Assembly: GCA_963674755.2 (NCBI GenBank)
Contig: CAXXVS010000002.1
Location: 160,001 to 224,000, forward strand
DNA from: Desulfobacterales bacterium
Lineage (GTDB): Bacteria; Desulfobacterota; Desulfobacteria; Desulfobacterales; UBA5852
DNA length: 64,000 nucleotides
Reading direction: 5' to 3'
Part shown: one piece after another, positions 28,922 through 37,354 of the stretch
How the letters are laid out: each line of letters opens with the position of its first letter
Numbering within the stretch: the stretch's first letter is position 1
The notes under the pieces: model-generated
Told to the model about the DNA's origin: nothing
Seen by the model: only the letters and a program-made list of their open reading frames with translations
Databases searched by the model: none
Translations under genes and position numbers: made by a program

Positions 28922-31758
28922 TGCCCTATGACTGGAAAATAGAGCTGGACGGCGTGGACATCACCGACAAGGTGGCCCGCTTTGATATCGCCACCGACCT
29001 GGCCCAATACTGCCGGGAGCTGACCGTGGACATCGCCGACCCGGCTTACTATGCGATGTTCGACTTTTCGATGATCCCCAGCGCGCCCGCCCTGGAGGTG
29101 TTCACCAAAACCGGCGACACCTGGGTGAGCCAGGGCAGGTATTTCGTGGAGCGCCCGGCTATATCCTCCGACATCCACCAGGACGTGATCACCGGCCTGT
29201 GGGGCCGCGGCGAAACCGCCCGCCTGGGGGCCCCGTTTGCGCCGCGGGTTTCCAAAATGTGGACCGCGGACACCTCCTTTTTTGCCATCTGCGCCGAAAT
29301 GTGCGCCCTGTCCGGCCTCACCTGGGACGACAGCCAGAGCAGCATCGAGGATTTTTACGTTTTCGCGTACACCTTCCAGGTGGAAAACGCCTACCCCATC
29401 GACGTGATCGCCGAGCTGTGCGAGCTGGCCGGCGCCATCGCGACCGCCGACCGCCTGGGCCGGGTGCGCATCCTGGCCCGCGACTACGCCCCCGCCGCGG
29501 CCGTGGTCACCATTACAGACGACGACTGGGCCAGCATCAGCGAAACCCCGGTGTGGCCCGATTTCGGCAACCGGGTGCGCATCATTCCCACCGACAACCT
29601 GGCCGGCTACAGCCTGGCCATGACCGTGCCCTGCCTGCCCGCCGACGGCGCCAGCCGGGCCCGGGTTTATGCCCGGGTGACCGATGCCGACGGCAACCCG
29701 CTGGACGGCCAGGTGGTCACCTGGAGCCTTGCCGGCAGCCTATCGGCGGCCCTGATTTATACCGCCACCAACACCGGCACCACCATTATGCCCGCCGAGG
29801 AGGTGCGCGCCCAAAGCCATTACCAGCTTGGCCTTGCCGTTCCACCGGCCGCCATCCTGGGGGTCTACGCTTACGCCGACCGGGCCCGCAAAACCGACCT
29901 GGCCCTTGCCGGCTATACCATCGACGGCACCACCGTGACCCTGGCCGAGCCGCTGAAATACTGCGACCAGCTGGTGCGGGTGATCTACACGGCCGCCGGC
30001 ATGGCCGTTAATTTCGTGCAGGCCGGGCTTTCCGCCGAGGACATCGAGGTGGCGGCCGCCGTGTCCGGCCAAAGCGCCGCGGCCGCCATCTATATCGGCA
30101 ACGGCTGCCGCTGCCCGGCCAGCCTGCGCCTGGCCGCCGTGCCCGCCAGCATCGTGACCGGCGAAACCGCCAAGCTGATCGTTTACGCCGAGGAGGGCGG
30201 CGGGCCCATCAGCGACGGCCGCCTGGTGCGCCTGGCCGAGCGCACGGCCCTGGGCGTTTTAAGCTGGACCACGGCCCGGCTGGGCCAGGTGGCCGTTTCC
30301 AATGAGCGCACCAGCGCGGTAAACGAGATCGCCGGCGCGAGCCAATGCCAGCTTGAGCGCTTCCCGGTGGACGGCACCGTGCGCATCTACAGGGCCGGGC
30401 TGGAGGGCGCGCCCACCGGCGCCAACCTTTATGCGGGCCACAACGGCAAGACCGTGGACCTTGCCACGCCCCTGGAAACCGGCACCGAGCTGGTGGCCCA
30501 CTACACGGCCCGGGGCGCGGCCCTGGCCCATTTTGCGGGCACCCTGGCCGGCACGGCCTATTTTAGGGCCAGCATGCCCACCAACCGCGAGGCCCCCCTG
30601 GAGGCCGAGGCCAGCCTGCGCATTACCGACCCCACCGACCCCACCAGCGGCGACACCGGCGAGGACTACACGCCCGGCGGCTATGGCGGCGTGGGCGGCG
30701 ACGACGGCGGCCTGGACACCTCATGGCAGGCCGGGGGGTGCCTGCTGGACGACGGCAGCGTGGTGCAGTGCGAGGACGACCCCGGCGACGACTGGGCCCA
30801 AAGTAAAACCTGCTGCGAAAAAAACGGCGTGCCCGGGTGCTGGCCGCGCAGCGCGTGCGACGACAGCCAGCCGCAATTCAACTGCATCCCGGCCAATATC
30901 AGCGACAACCCGGACGCCACGGCCGTGGACCGTTTCGGGGCCAGCGCCGAGGTGGGCTGCACCTGTGAGGAAATGTGCCGGGCCGAATTGGCCGCCTACG
31001 GCACAACCCAGGGCTATGACGGCGGCAGCTACCGCACGGTGGAGGAGATCGTGGCGGACCAAGGCCTGGCCTATGAGGAGGGCGGCGACAACGCCGCCTA
31101 TAACGAGGCCTATGGCCAGGTGGAGGGCGCCGCCCTGGCCGACTGCATTGCCGCTTGCGAAACCCTGGCGTTTAGCTGCGCGGACACCAACCCCGAGACC
31201 ATCGGCTACCGGCAGACCGTGAGCATCGCCGTGACCGGCGGCCGGCCGCCCTTTGCCTGGTCGGTATCGGGCGACTTTACCCTGGGCGCGGCCGAGACCC
31301 AGGGCCGGGCCAACACCTTGGGCGCCGAGGAGGGGGCCTGCGGCAGCGTGGGAGTAACCGTGACCGACGCCGATGGCAAGACCGTGGTTTGCACCCTGCG
31401 CCACACCGACGGAAAGTGGAAAGCCCTGCCCGTATCGCCCGATTGCATCATTTCCGGCCCGCCCAGCGGCGACGACCACACGGTGCTGATCGAGGGCCGC
31501 TACCGGGTGGATGAGTCGAAAATCATGCGCTATCGGTGCAGCCTGGGCGGCGAGTGGATAGACAACTGCACCTGCAACAACTGCGCCGCTACGCTGACGC
31601 CCTGCATCAAAGACGGCAATGAGATATGCCCCAATGGCGGCCAGTACTGCCCCAACGGTCTTGACTGCTACAAGGAGGAGGAGATCGGCGGTTACTCTAC
31701 CCGCACCGTCCATTGTCTGGATTATGCGTGGCGCATCCAAAGCGAATGGGTTTGCTAA
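28921..31758 (+). CDS. Tail tip/hub protein with Ig-like segments and Cys-rich C-terminus
   Basis: N-terminal hub-like region (ADRLGRVRI), Big-1-like ADG..ARVTDADGNPLDGQVVTWS, 26 Cys in the last ~345 aa. Confidence 0.65.
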   Translation: MPYDWKIELDGVDITDKVARFDIATDLAQYCRELTVDIADPAYYAMFDFSMIPSAPALEVFTKTGDTWVSQGRYFVERPAISSDIHQDVITGLWGRGETARLGAPFAPRVSKMWTADTSFFAICAEMCALSGLTWDDSQSSIEDFYVFAYTFQVENAYPIDVIAELCELAGAIATADRLGRVRILARDYAPAAAVVTITDDDWASISETPVWPDFGNRVRIIPTDNLAGYSLAMTVPCLPADGASRARVYARVTDADGNPLDGQVVTWSLAGSLSAALIYTATNTGTTIMPAEEVRAQSHYQLGLAVPPAAILGVYAYADRARKTDLALAGYTIDGTTVTLAEPLKYCDQLVRVIYTAAGMAVNFVQAGLSAEDIEVAAAVSGQSAAAAIYIGNGCRCPASLRLAAVPASIVTGETAKLIVYAEEGGGPISDGRLVRLAERTALGVLSWTTARLGQVAVSNERTSAVNEIAGASQCQLERFPVDGTVRIYRAGLEGAPTGANLYAGHNGKTVDLATPLETGTELVAHYTARGAALAHFAGTLAGTAYFRASMPTNREAPLEAEASLRITDPTDPTSGDTGEDYTPGGYGGVGGDDGGLDTSWQAGGCLLDDGSVVQCEDDPGDDWAQSKTCCEKNGVPGCWPRSACDDSQPQFNCIPANISDNPDATAVDRFGASAEVGCTCEEMCRAELAAYGTTQGYDGGSYRTVEEIVADQGLAYEEGGDNAAYNEAYGQVEGAALADCIAACETLAFSCADTNPETIGYRQTVSIAVTGGRPPFAWSVSGDFTLGAAETQGRANTLGAEEGACGSVGVTVTDADGKTVVCTLRHTDGKWKALPVSPDCIISGPPSGDDHTVLIEGRYRVDESKIMRYRCSLGGEWIDNCTCNNCAATLTPCIKDGNEICPNGGQYCPNGLDCYKEEEIGGYSTRTVHCLDYAWRIQSEWVC

Positions 31759-31772
31759 AGGAGGTTTGACGG

Positions 31773-32219
31773 ATGCCAAAGCCAAACATCGAGCGAGCCC
31801 TGGGGGCCATTAATCCCGGGCGCCTGCATGAACTGATAGCCCTTTATGACCTGTTGACCCGCGCCGGGCTCGATATGGCCGCCCTGCGCCGCTACCTGGA
31901 CGAGCGCACGGCCGCCGCGGCCGAGCGCCTGGCCCGGGAAAACGAGCAGGTGCGGCTTTATAACGAGCAGGCCCGCCGCTGTCCGGACTGCGGCCGAGTG
32001 ATGCAACTCTACCCGGTCAACACCGGGCCCCGCGACCAGGTGGGCGGCGGCTTTCATTCGCAATGGGCCTGCCCGGGCCGCGACTGCATGGAAACCATTT
32101 ACAACCGCGAAACCGTTGACCAGCTCATGGCCGCCATGGGGTTTAGTGCCGCACGCGCCCCCCGCCAGCCCGCCGCCGTGACGCATAAAAAAGGAGGATG
32201 CTGCAATGGCGCAGCCTAA
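31773..32219 (+). CDS. Hypothetical Zn-ribbon protein
   Basis: CPDC...CPGRDC, C-terminal GGCC; AAGGAGG RBS. Confidence 0.6.
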   Translation: MPKPNIERALGAINPGRLHELIALYDLLTRAGLDMAALRRYLDERTAAAAERLARENEQVRLYNEQARRCPDCGRVMQLYPVNTGPRDQVGGGFHSQWACPGRDCMETIYNRETVDQLMAAMGFSAARAPRQPAAVTHKKGGCCNGAA

Positions 32220-32862
32220 TACCACTTTTCTCTTTAACAACACGGCAAACGATGGCGCCAACAGCGGCAATGCGGCCGGCGGCGCCGGCGGCAACGATAG
32301 CAACTGGGTGGTGCTCGACCTGGCCAACGACCGGCTGTTTTTCCTGGACGACCAACAGGCCGACGGCGACAACCGCACCGGCACCCTTTATCCGGTGATT
32401 ATTCCCCCCAGCGGCGACCTGGAGGCCCCCAAAACCTTTATTGACGACTATTCGGCCGGCGTGCTGGACCAGGTGCCCTTGGCCGGCACCACCGCCGGCG
32501 AGCAATCCGGGGGCAATACGCGCTATGTTTTCGCCATCTATTTCGACGGCCCCACCGCCGGCATCCCCTACCTGGAGGCCTGGAACAGCGCCAGCCACCT
32601 GGCGGCGGATGATGCCTTTTTGGGGGGCGGCACGGCCGCCGACAGCACCCTTAAAGCCATCGCCACAACCAACGCGGCCCCGGGTAGCGCCACCTGGGCC
32701 GGCACGCCCCTGGCGGGCACCGGCAGCCGGGTTTCCCTGGACGCCGCCGCCCTGGCCGCGGCCAAAAACCTGTATCTCAATATCAAGCAGGTGATCCCGG
32801 CGGGCTTTACGCCCCAGGAGGATGCCGCCATCGTGCTGACCCTGCGCTACCTTTACAGCTAG
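32206..32862 (+). CDS. Hypothetical virion structural protein
   Basis: AGGAGG RBS; Gly/Ala/Asn/Thr-rich; within tail module. Confidence 0.6.
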   Translation: MAQPNTTFLFNNTANDGANSGNAAGGAGGNDSNWVVLDLANDRLFFLDDQQADGDNRTGTLYPVIIPPSGDLEAPKTFIDDYSAGVLDQVPLAGTTAGEQSGGNTRYVFAIYFDGPTAGIPYLEAWNSASHLAADDAFLGGGTAADSTLKAIATTNAAPGSATWAGTPLAGTGSRVSLDAAALAAAKNLYLNIKQVIPAGFTPQEDAAIVLTLRYLYS

Positions 32863-32875
32863 GAGGCCCGCCGCC

Positions 32876-33271
32876 ATGCCCAACCCCTGGCAAATGCGCA
32901 TCACCCACCCGGCGGGCCCGCCCTATGTCACCCCGGACGTGCGCCTGGGCGATCCCGGGTGGCAGGACCGCCCGCGCTGGCGGCCCATCGCCAGCCTGGA
33001 GCTTTACCTGCCCGCCGGCCACCGCCTGGTGTTGTCCGGCTTCGAGGCCTACAATTTTTTTATCGAGGCGAGCAAACCGCTTTCCGGAGGGCCGGCGCGC
33101 ACCGAAGCCGTTTGGCTGTGCGGCCGCCAGGGCGCCAATGTGGAGACCTGGCGCGTGATCGAGGGCCGCATTGTGCGCGACGTGCAACCCTGGGGCCGGG
33201 AGTGGGTCGGCGGGCCCACCCGGGGCTGGCAGCCGGGTGCGCCGGGCAACGCCTTTTCGGGGGTGGTCTGA
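32876..33271 (+). CDS. Hypothetical phage protein
   Basis: AGGAGG RBS; tight packing with neighbours. Confidence 0.55.
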   Translation: MPNPWQMRITHPAGPPYVTPDVRLGDPGWQDRPRWRPIASLELYLPAGHRLVLSGFEAYNFFIEASKPLSGGPARTEAVWLCGRQGANVETWRVIEGRIVRDVQPWGREWVGGPTRGWQPGAPGNAFSGVV

Positions 33272-34299
33272 TGGCCGTCGAATATGCCACCTGGGACCCT
33301 GCCAACGCCCACGCCAGCCTGACGTTTTCCAATGGCAACCGCACCATTGCAACCCCGGCGGTCAACGGCAGCTATAACGCCAAAAGCACCCTGGGAAAAA
33401 CGGCCGGCAAACACTACCTGGAGGTGACGGTAAACCTGGCCCCGGCATCCTTTGGGGTTTGCCCGGTGGCATATCCGCACAATCGGCATATCGGCGAATT
33501 GAGCAACTACAGCGATTTTGGATGCTATTTTTACTATGGCGGCACCGACTGCCATCTCTACAATAAGGGCGCTTATACCGGCTATTACATCACCGGACTG
33601 TCCTATCAACAGACGGTTTTCGGCATCGCCGCGGACCTTGACAATCGGCTGATATTCTACCGGGGGCCGGCGGGCTGGGGCAGCCGCGGCGGCGTGGGCG
33701 ACCCCGAAACCGGCGCCAACCCGGCCGCTACCCTGGACAGCGGCCAGACCTATTATATCGGGGGCCACGGTCAGACCTGGAATAGCGTCCCACTTTTGAT
33801 TTCCATCAACGCCGGCCAGGATGCTTTTGTCTATCCTGTTCCCAGCGGCTACAATGCCGGGTGGTACGACGGTTACGCCCCCCAAACCGCCCTTGCCGAC
33901 GCCAAACTGCAACTGGCGGCCTGGCACCAGGGCCTTGCCGACCTGCCGGCCTGGCTGAAGGTGGCCTACCTCACCGGACTGGACGACCTGCCCCTGGACC
34001 TGCGCACCTTGGGCCGGGGGCTTTACGACCTGCCCGCGCCGCTGCGGGCCGCCGCCCTTGGCCTGGGCCCCGACTTTGCCGCCCGCCTGGCCGCGGCCGC
34101 CGGATACCGCCAGGACATGGCCCTGGGCCTGGCAACGGCATCGCCCGAGGTGCTGCATGCCCTTGCTATGCGCCTATCAGCCAGCGACGGCACGCGGCTA
34201 AACGACATGGCCCTGCGCTTGGCCGCCATCAAAATGGCGCCGGCCTACCAGGCCGTGGTGGCCCAACGCCTACAGGCCGTGTCGTGGGAGGTATCTTAA
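33271..34299 (+). CDS. SPRY/B30.2-like (concanavalin fold) putative receptor-binding protein
   Basis: TWDP..LTFSNGN..GKHYLEV..GIAADLDNRLIFY..INAGQDAFVYPVPSGY; TGATG overlap with the upstream gene. Confidence 0.6.
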   Translation: MAVEYATWDPANAHASLTFSNGNRTIATPAVNGSYNAKSTLGKTAGKHYLEVTVNLAPASFGVCPVAYPHNRHIGELSNYSDFGCYFYYGGTDCHLYNKGAYTGYYITGLSYQQTVFGIAADLDNRLIFYRGPAGWGSRGGVGDPETGANPAATLDSGQTYYIGGHGQTWNSVPLLISINAGQDAFVYPVPSGYNAGWYDGYAPQTALADAKLQLAAWHQGLADLPAWLKVAYLTGLDDLPLDLRTLGRGLYDLPAPLRAAALGLGPDFAARLAAAAGYRQDMALGLATASPEVLHALAMRLSASDGTRLNDMALRLAAIKMAPAYQAVVAQRLQAVSWEVS

Positions 34300-34869
34300 A
34301 TGGTCGAGCTTTTGCGCTGGAACGTGGCCGAAAATAGAGAGTGGTTCGTTAAGGTGGCGGATGTTAGCAGCGGCATCGGTGTGAGTCTTTACCACACCTT
34401 GGCCGACCTCCAGGCCGGCGCCAACCGCCAGGCTTATGGTGCGGCCTATTACGGCAGCGGCGTGCCGGTGATCCTGCGCAACGGCGCCGGCATCGCCATT
34501 GAAATGCTGCAATCCCAGTATGGCCACCATGTGACGGTCAGCGGCCAGAGCGGCGATGCCACCCTTAGCCTGCGCGTGGGGCGCTTTGTGGAGCTGCCCG
34601 AAATCTCCCATAGTATTTATCGTGACAGCCGCCTGATCGAGGCCCGCGCCACCGCCGAGATAGACGCCCACACCCATGCCGATATCGCCCGCAACATCGC
34701 CCTGGGCATCCACCTGCCCGAGCTTGAGGCCGGCGACATTGCCCGGCTCAACAGCACGCGCCGGGGCATCGACGCCCTGGGCCAGGTGTCCGGCCACCGC
34801 ATCGTGGGCGAGCAGAACAGCCTCACCAGCGAGCTGGATATATCCTTTTACATGGAGTTAAAGCGCTGA
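34300..34869 (+). CDS. Hypothetical tail protein
   Basis: GGAGG RBS; PELEAGD motif typical of hub C-termini. Confidence 0.5.
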   Translation: MVELLRWNVAENREWFVKVADVSSGIGVSLYHTLADLQAGANRQAYGAAYYGSGVPVILRNGAGIAIEMLQSQYGHHVTVSGQSGDATLSLRVGRFVELPEISHSIYRDSRLIEARATAEIDAHTHADIARNIALGIHLPELEAGDIARLNSTRRGIDALGQVSGHRIVGEQNSLTSELDISFYMELKR

Positions 34870-35111
34870 TGCTTGAGCAATTATTAAAGAGCAGGCCCAG
34901 CACCTTTACCACCGGGACGGTGGAGGCCGTGAGGACGGCCCAGCGCCAGGCCCTTGTGGCCCTGCCCAGCGGGTTGACCACCTGGGTGAGCTATGGCGAG
35001 GGCCCCGCCCCGGCCGTAGGGCATAGCGTTATCGTGGCCCGCGACGGGCAGCGCTTTATCGTCCAACAGCCGGCCGGCCAGCCGCCCGGTGAAACCCTCC
35101 TGGAAGTTTAA
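34869..35111 (+). CDS. Small OB-fold-like phage protein
   Basis: GTVEAV..ALV..P.VG..VIV pattern; TGATG coupling. Confidence 0.45.
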   Translation: MLEQLLKSRPSTFTTGTVEAVRTAQRQALVALPSGLTTWVSYGEGPAPAVGHSVIVARDGQRFIVQQPAGQPPGETLLEV

Positions 35112-35113
35112 AA

Positions 35114-35299
35114 ATGAGTGGTCGCAAAGACAGGGTGATTGAGCAAATAAACATCAATTGCGCCCAAGCCCTGATCGATATCTTGAGATTGGCGCTGGGG
35201 GAGGGAGAGGTTCGCCGGGAGAAGATTGTTTTCTGGAGCATCCATCCCGGATTGGAAAGAATGGTTCATGTAGCGGAACGGGAGTTGATGTGGCCATAA
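35114..35299 (+). CDS. Small hypothetical protein
   Basis: 61-aa ORF filling the gap between co-oriented genes. Confidence 0.35.
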   Translation: MSGRKDRVIEQININCAQALIDILRLALGEGEVRREKIVFWSIHPGLERMVHVAERELMWP

Positions 35300-35715
35300 A
35301 CCCGGCATGGGTGGGGGCTTGTATCGGTCTGGTAGGTGCTTTGTTGACCATCGGCGGGGCCTGGGCGGTTATGCGATACCAGGTAAATGATCTCAAGCGC
35401 ACCCACCGGGAACTGGAGACCCGCCAGGATCGGCAGGACAACGACGTGAACGATCTGCGGGCCCAGATCGAATCCTTCGAGGCGGTCCTGCAGCAGGCCG
35501 GCCGCAACCTGGAAAAAGCCATCCGGGAGGAATTCGAAAAGGCCCGCAAGACCATCGACAATCGCCTCTTCGGTGACGGCGGCATCCCATACTATGTGCA
35601 TGCCGGCAAATGCCTCGAGGCGCGCCAGGACTGCCGGCAGAAGATCGAGAAGATCGAGGACCGCTATGACGTCCTTTCAAAGGACCTTGAGGCGGTGAAA
35701 GCGAAGGTGACATGA
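35290..35715 (+). CDS. Single-TM coiled-coil protein (holin/lysis-associated)
   Basis: GTG start with GGAG RBS, N-terminal TM, coiled coil, CxxxxxxC; precedes putative endolysin. Confidence 0.5.
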   Translation: MAINPAWVGACIGLVGALLTIGGAWAVMRYQVNDLKRTHRELETRQDRQDNDVNDLRAQIESFEAVLQQAGRNLEKAIREEFEKARKTIDNRLFGDGGIPYYVHAGKCLEARQDCRQKIEKIEDRYDVLSKDLEAVKAKVT

Positions 35716-36161
35716 GCATGCACGAGAAGAAGATGATTAAAATTTTCAGGCACGAGCACACGTCGGACGGTACGTTTGGCGTTCTCCTGGTAAACGGCGA
35801 GATCATTGCGTTCACGCTGGAGCGGCCATGGATTGGAAACGAACAGAACGTTTCCTGTATCCCGCCCGGGCTCTACCATGCCCGTAAACGTGAGGATTGG
35901 TTCGGCGCGGAGAAGTACGGGCCCACCTATCAGGTTGAAAATGTTCAAGGACGGACAGGGATTCTTTTCCATGTCGGGAATACGATCGAGGATCTTCAGG
36001 GGTGTATCGCCCCCGGCCTTGCAATGGGGCGCATGAATGACCGGAAAGCGGTTTTGAATTCAGGGGCGGCCTTCCGTCTTTTTTTGAAAGAGATGGGCAA
36101 TGTCGGCGAATCGCCGCTGCTGATAACGTCGTTCGAAGCAAATCCGTATCAAAACTTCTAA
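35712..36161 (+). CDS. DUF5675-family protein, putative endolysin
   Basis: GTFG.L..TLERPW..SCIPPG.Y..R.GILFHVGN..DLQGCI; located in lysis cassette. Confidence 0.7.
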   Translation: MSMHEKKMIKIFRHEHTSDGTFGVLLVNGEIIAFTLERPWIGNEQNVSCIPPGLYHARKREDWFGAEKYGPTYQVENVQGRTGILFHVGNTIEDLQGCIAPGLAMGRMNDRKAVLNSGAAFRLFLKEMGNVGESPLLITSFEANPYQNF

Positions 36162-36178
36162 CAGGAAAGGGGTAGACC

Positions 36179-36376
36179 ATGGGGGGATTTTTTCTGGGAG
36201 TTCTCTTCGGGATTATCATTGGCGCCATCGTTGCTTATTTTGTGGCGCGCAACAACCAGAAGCACTTGGATGAGGCGTTTAACGTGGACGATCGGATCCG
36301 TGCTGAGTTCGAGCAGCTCAAGAAAAAAGCTCAGGCCAAGGCCTTTGAGCTGAAACAGGCCGCCCGCAATCTATAG
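36179..36376 (+). CDS. Small membrane-anchored protein (lysis cassette)
   Basis: N-terminal TM followed by charged helix. Confidence 0.55.
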   Translation: MGGFFLGVLFGIIIGAIVAYFVARNNQKHLDEAFNVDDRIRAEFEQLKKKAQAKAFELKQAARNL

Positions 36377-36406
36377 TTGCCGGCGGGGAAAGGACGGTAA
36401 GGAAGG

Positions 36407-36826
36407 ATGGCATTCGACCCGATATCCGCCGTATTCGAGCTGATCAATACCGGCCTCGACAAGTTCGTCGGGGACAAAATGAGCGAGAAGGACCAGGTCG
36501 AGCTCAAGCAGAATATGGAGATGTTCGTCGCCAAGGAGGCCCGCTCGGAGTCGTCCGCCTTCCGCGATTTCGTCGTCCAGTACGAAGGCGCGGCCAAGGA
36601 TGTCCCGCGGGTGATCGTTATCTTCCGATCGCTGATCCGGCCACTGTTCACGATCCTGGTTGGGTGGCTCGACTACATGTTCTTCACCGGCGCCACGACC
36701 ACCTGGCACCCGGAAGCGATCGCCATGCTCAAGGCCATCAACGTCATTGTCCTGGCTTTCTGGTTCGGCGAGCGGGCATTGAAAAACTCAGGCCTGATCG
36801 ACATTCTACGGAAAAAGGTCGACTGA
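36407..36826 (+). CDS. Holin (3TM family)
   Basis: RSLIRPLFT and FWFGER motifs; TM segments. Confidence 0.75.
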   Translation: MAFDPISAVFELINTGLDKFVGDKMSEKDQVELKQNMEMFVAKEARSESSAFRDFVVQYEGAAKDVPRVIVIFRSLIRPLFTILVGWLDYMFFTGATTTWHPEAIAMLKAINVIVLAFWFGERALKNSGLIDILRKKVD

Positions 36827-36861
36827 ACAGAAGAGATTGTCGATAACACCTGTGTTACCAA

Positions 36862-36904
36862 AACTACTTAGGGCCGCCTTGTTAAGAAGCGGCCCTAAGT
36901 AGTT
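36862..36904. terminator. Phage-encoded hairpin (16-bp stem), probably a bidirectional terminator for tRNA-Val and the lysis operon
   Basis: aactacttagggccgc ... gcggccctaagtagtt. Confidence 0.7.
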
Positions 36905-36908
36905 GATT

Positions 36909-36961
36909 TTATTGTGGTGGGCGGTACTGGGATTGAACCAGTGACTTCTACCGTGTGAAGG
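36909..36961. repeat. Prophage attachment site overlapping the intact tRNA-Val 3' half
   Basis: Identical to 9771-9823. Confidence 0.95.
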
Positions 36962-36989
36962 TAGCACTCTCCCGCTGAGTTAACCGCCC
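36915..36989 (-). tRNA. tRNA-Val (anticodon CAC)
   Basis: GGGCGGTTAACTCAGCGGGAGAGTGCTACC-TTCACAC-GGTAGAAGTCACTGGTTCAATCCCAGTACCGCCCACCA folds as a cloverleaf with encoded CCA. Confidence 0.95.
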
Positions 36990-36996
36990 GTTAGCG

Positions 36997-37278
36997 CTAG
37001 GATGCGGCGTTGACCATTTCCTTCAGTTCTTTGCCGACTTTGAAAAAAGGCAATTTTTTGGCGGGGACCCGAATTTTTTGTCCGGTTTTGGGGTTGCGGC
37101 CGACATAAGACTTATACCCGTTGACCGTAAAGCTGCCAAACCCCCTGATTTCAACCCGCCCTCCACCGCCAAGCGAATCCTCGATGGACTGAAAAAAAAT
37201 ATTAACGATATTTTCGGCTTCCTGACGGCTTAGGTTGATGTTTTCCTTGAGAGCCACCATCAGATCGGATTTGTTCAT
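36997..37278 (-). CDS. ihfB: Integration host factor subunit (beta-like)/HU family
   Basis: MNKSDL..RVEIRGFGSF..GRNPKTG..PFFKVGKELK. Confidence 0.85.
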   Translation of the reverse strand: MNKSDLMVALKENINLSRQEAENIVNIFFQSIEDSLGGGGRVEIRGFGSFTVNGYKSYVGRNPKTGQKIRVPAKKLPFFKVGKELKEMVNAAS

Positions 37279-37354
37279 TGAGACTCCTTTGATTTTCCGA
37301 ACCCGCGCTGTTTGAAAGCGAAAGCCATCTTATAGACTTGCCGCTGTTTTGAAG

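Larger units (their letters stand above)
9771..36961. mobile_element. Defective lambda-like (siphovirus) prophage integrated at tRNA-Val(CAC)
   Basis: Flanking 53-bp direct repeat; terminase, portal, S49 protease, capsid, tail tube, tape measure and holin genes in lambda order; visibly higher GC than flanks. Confidence 0.93.

Noticed and set aside
17337..34158. Long antisense or alternate-frame ORFs (e.g. 17337-19106, 22856-24955, 23278-24774, 33049-34158)
   Set aside because: Shadow ORFs expected from high GC3; they overlap well-supported genes and have no recognisable motifs
28921..34299. Diversity-generating retroelement targeting the tail-tip or SPRY genes
   Set aside because: No reverse transcriptase and no template/variable repeat pair with adenine-specific mismatches seen in the window
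23810..35111. Contractile tail, R-type tailocin or eCIS
   Set aside because: No sheath or baseplate wedge (gpJ/gp25) genes recognised; head genes are present and the order is siphovirus-like
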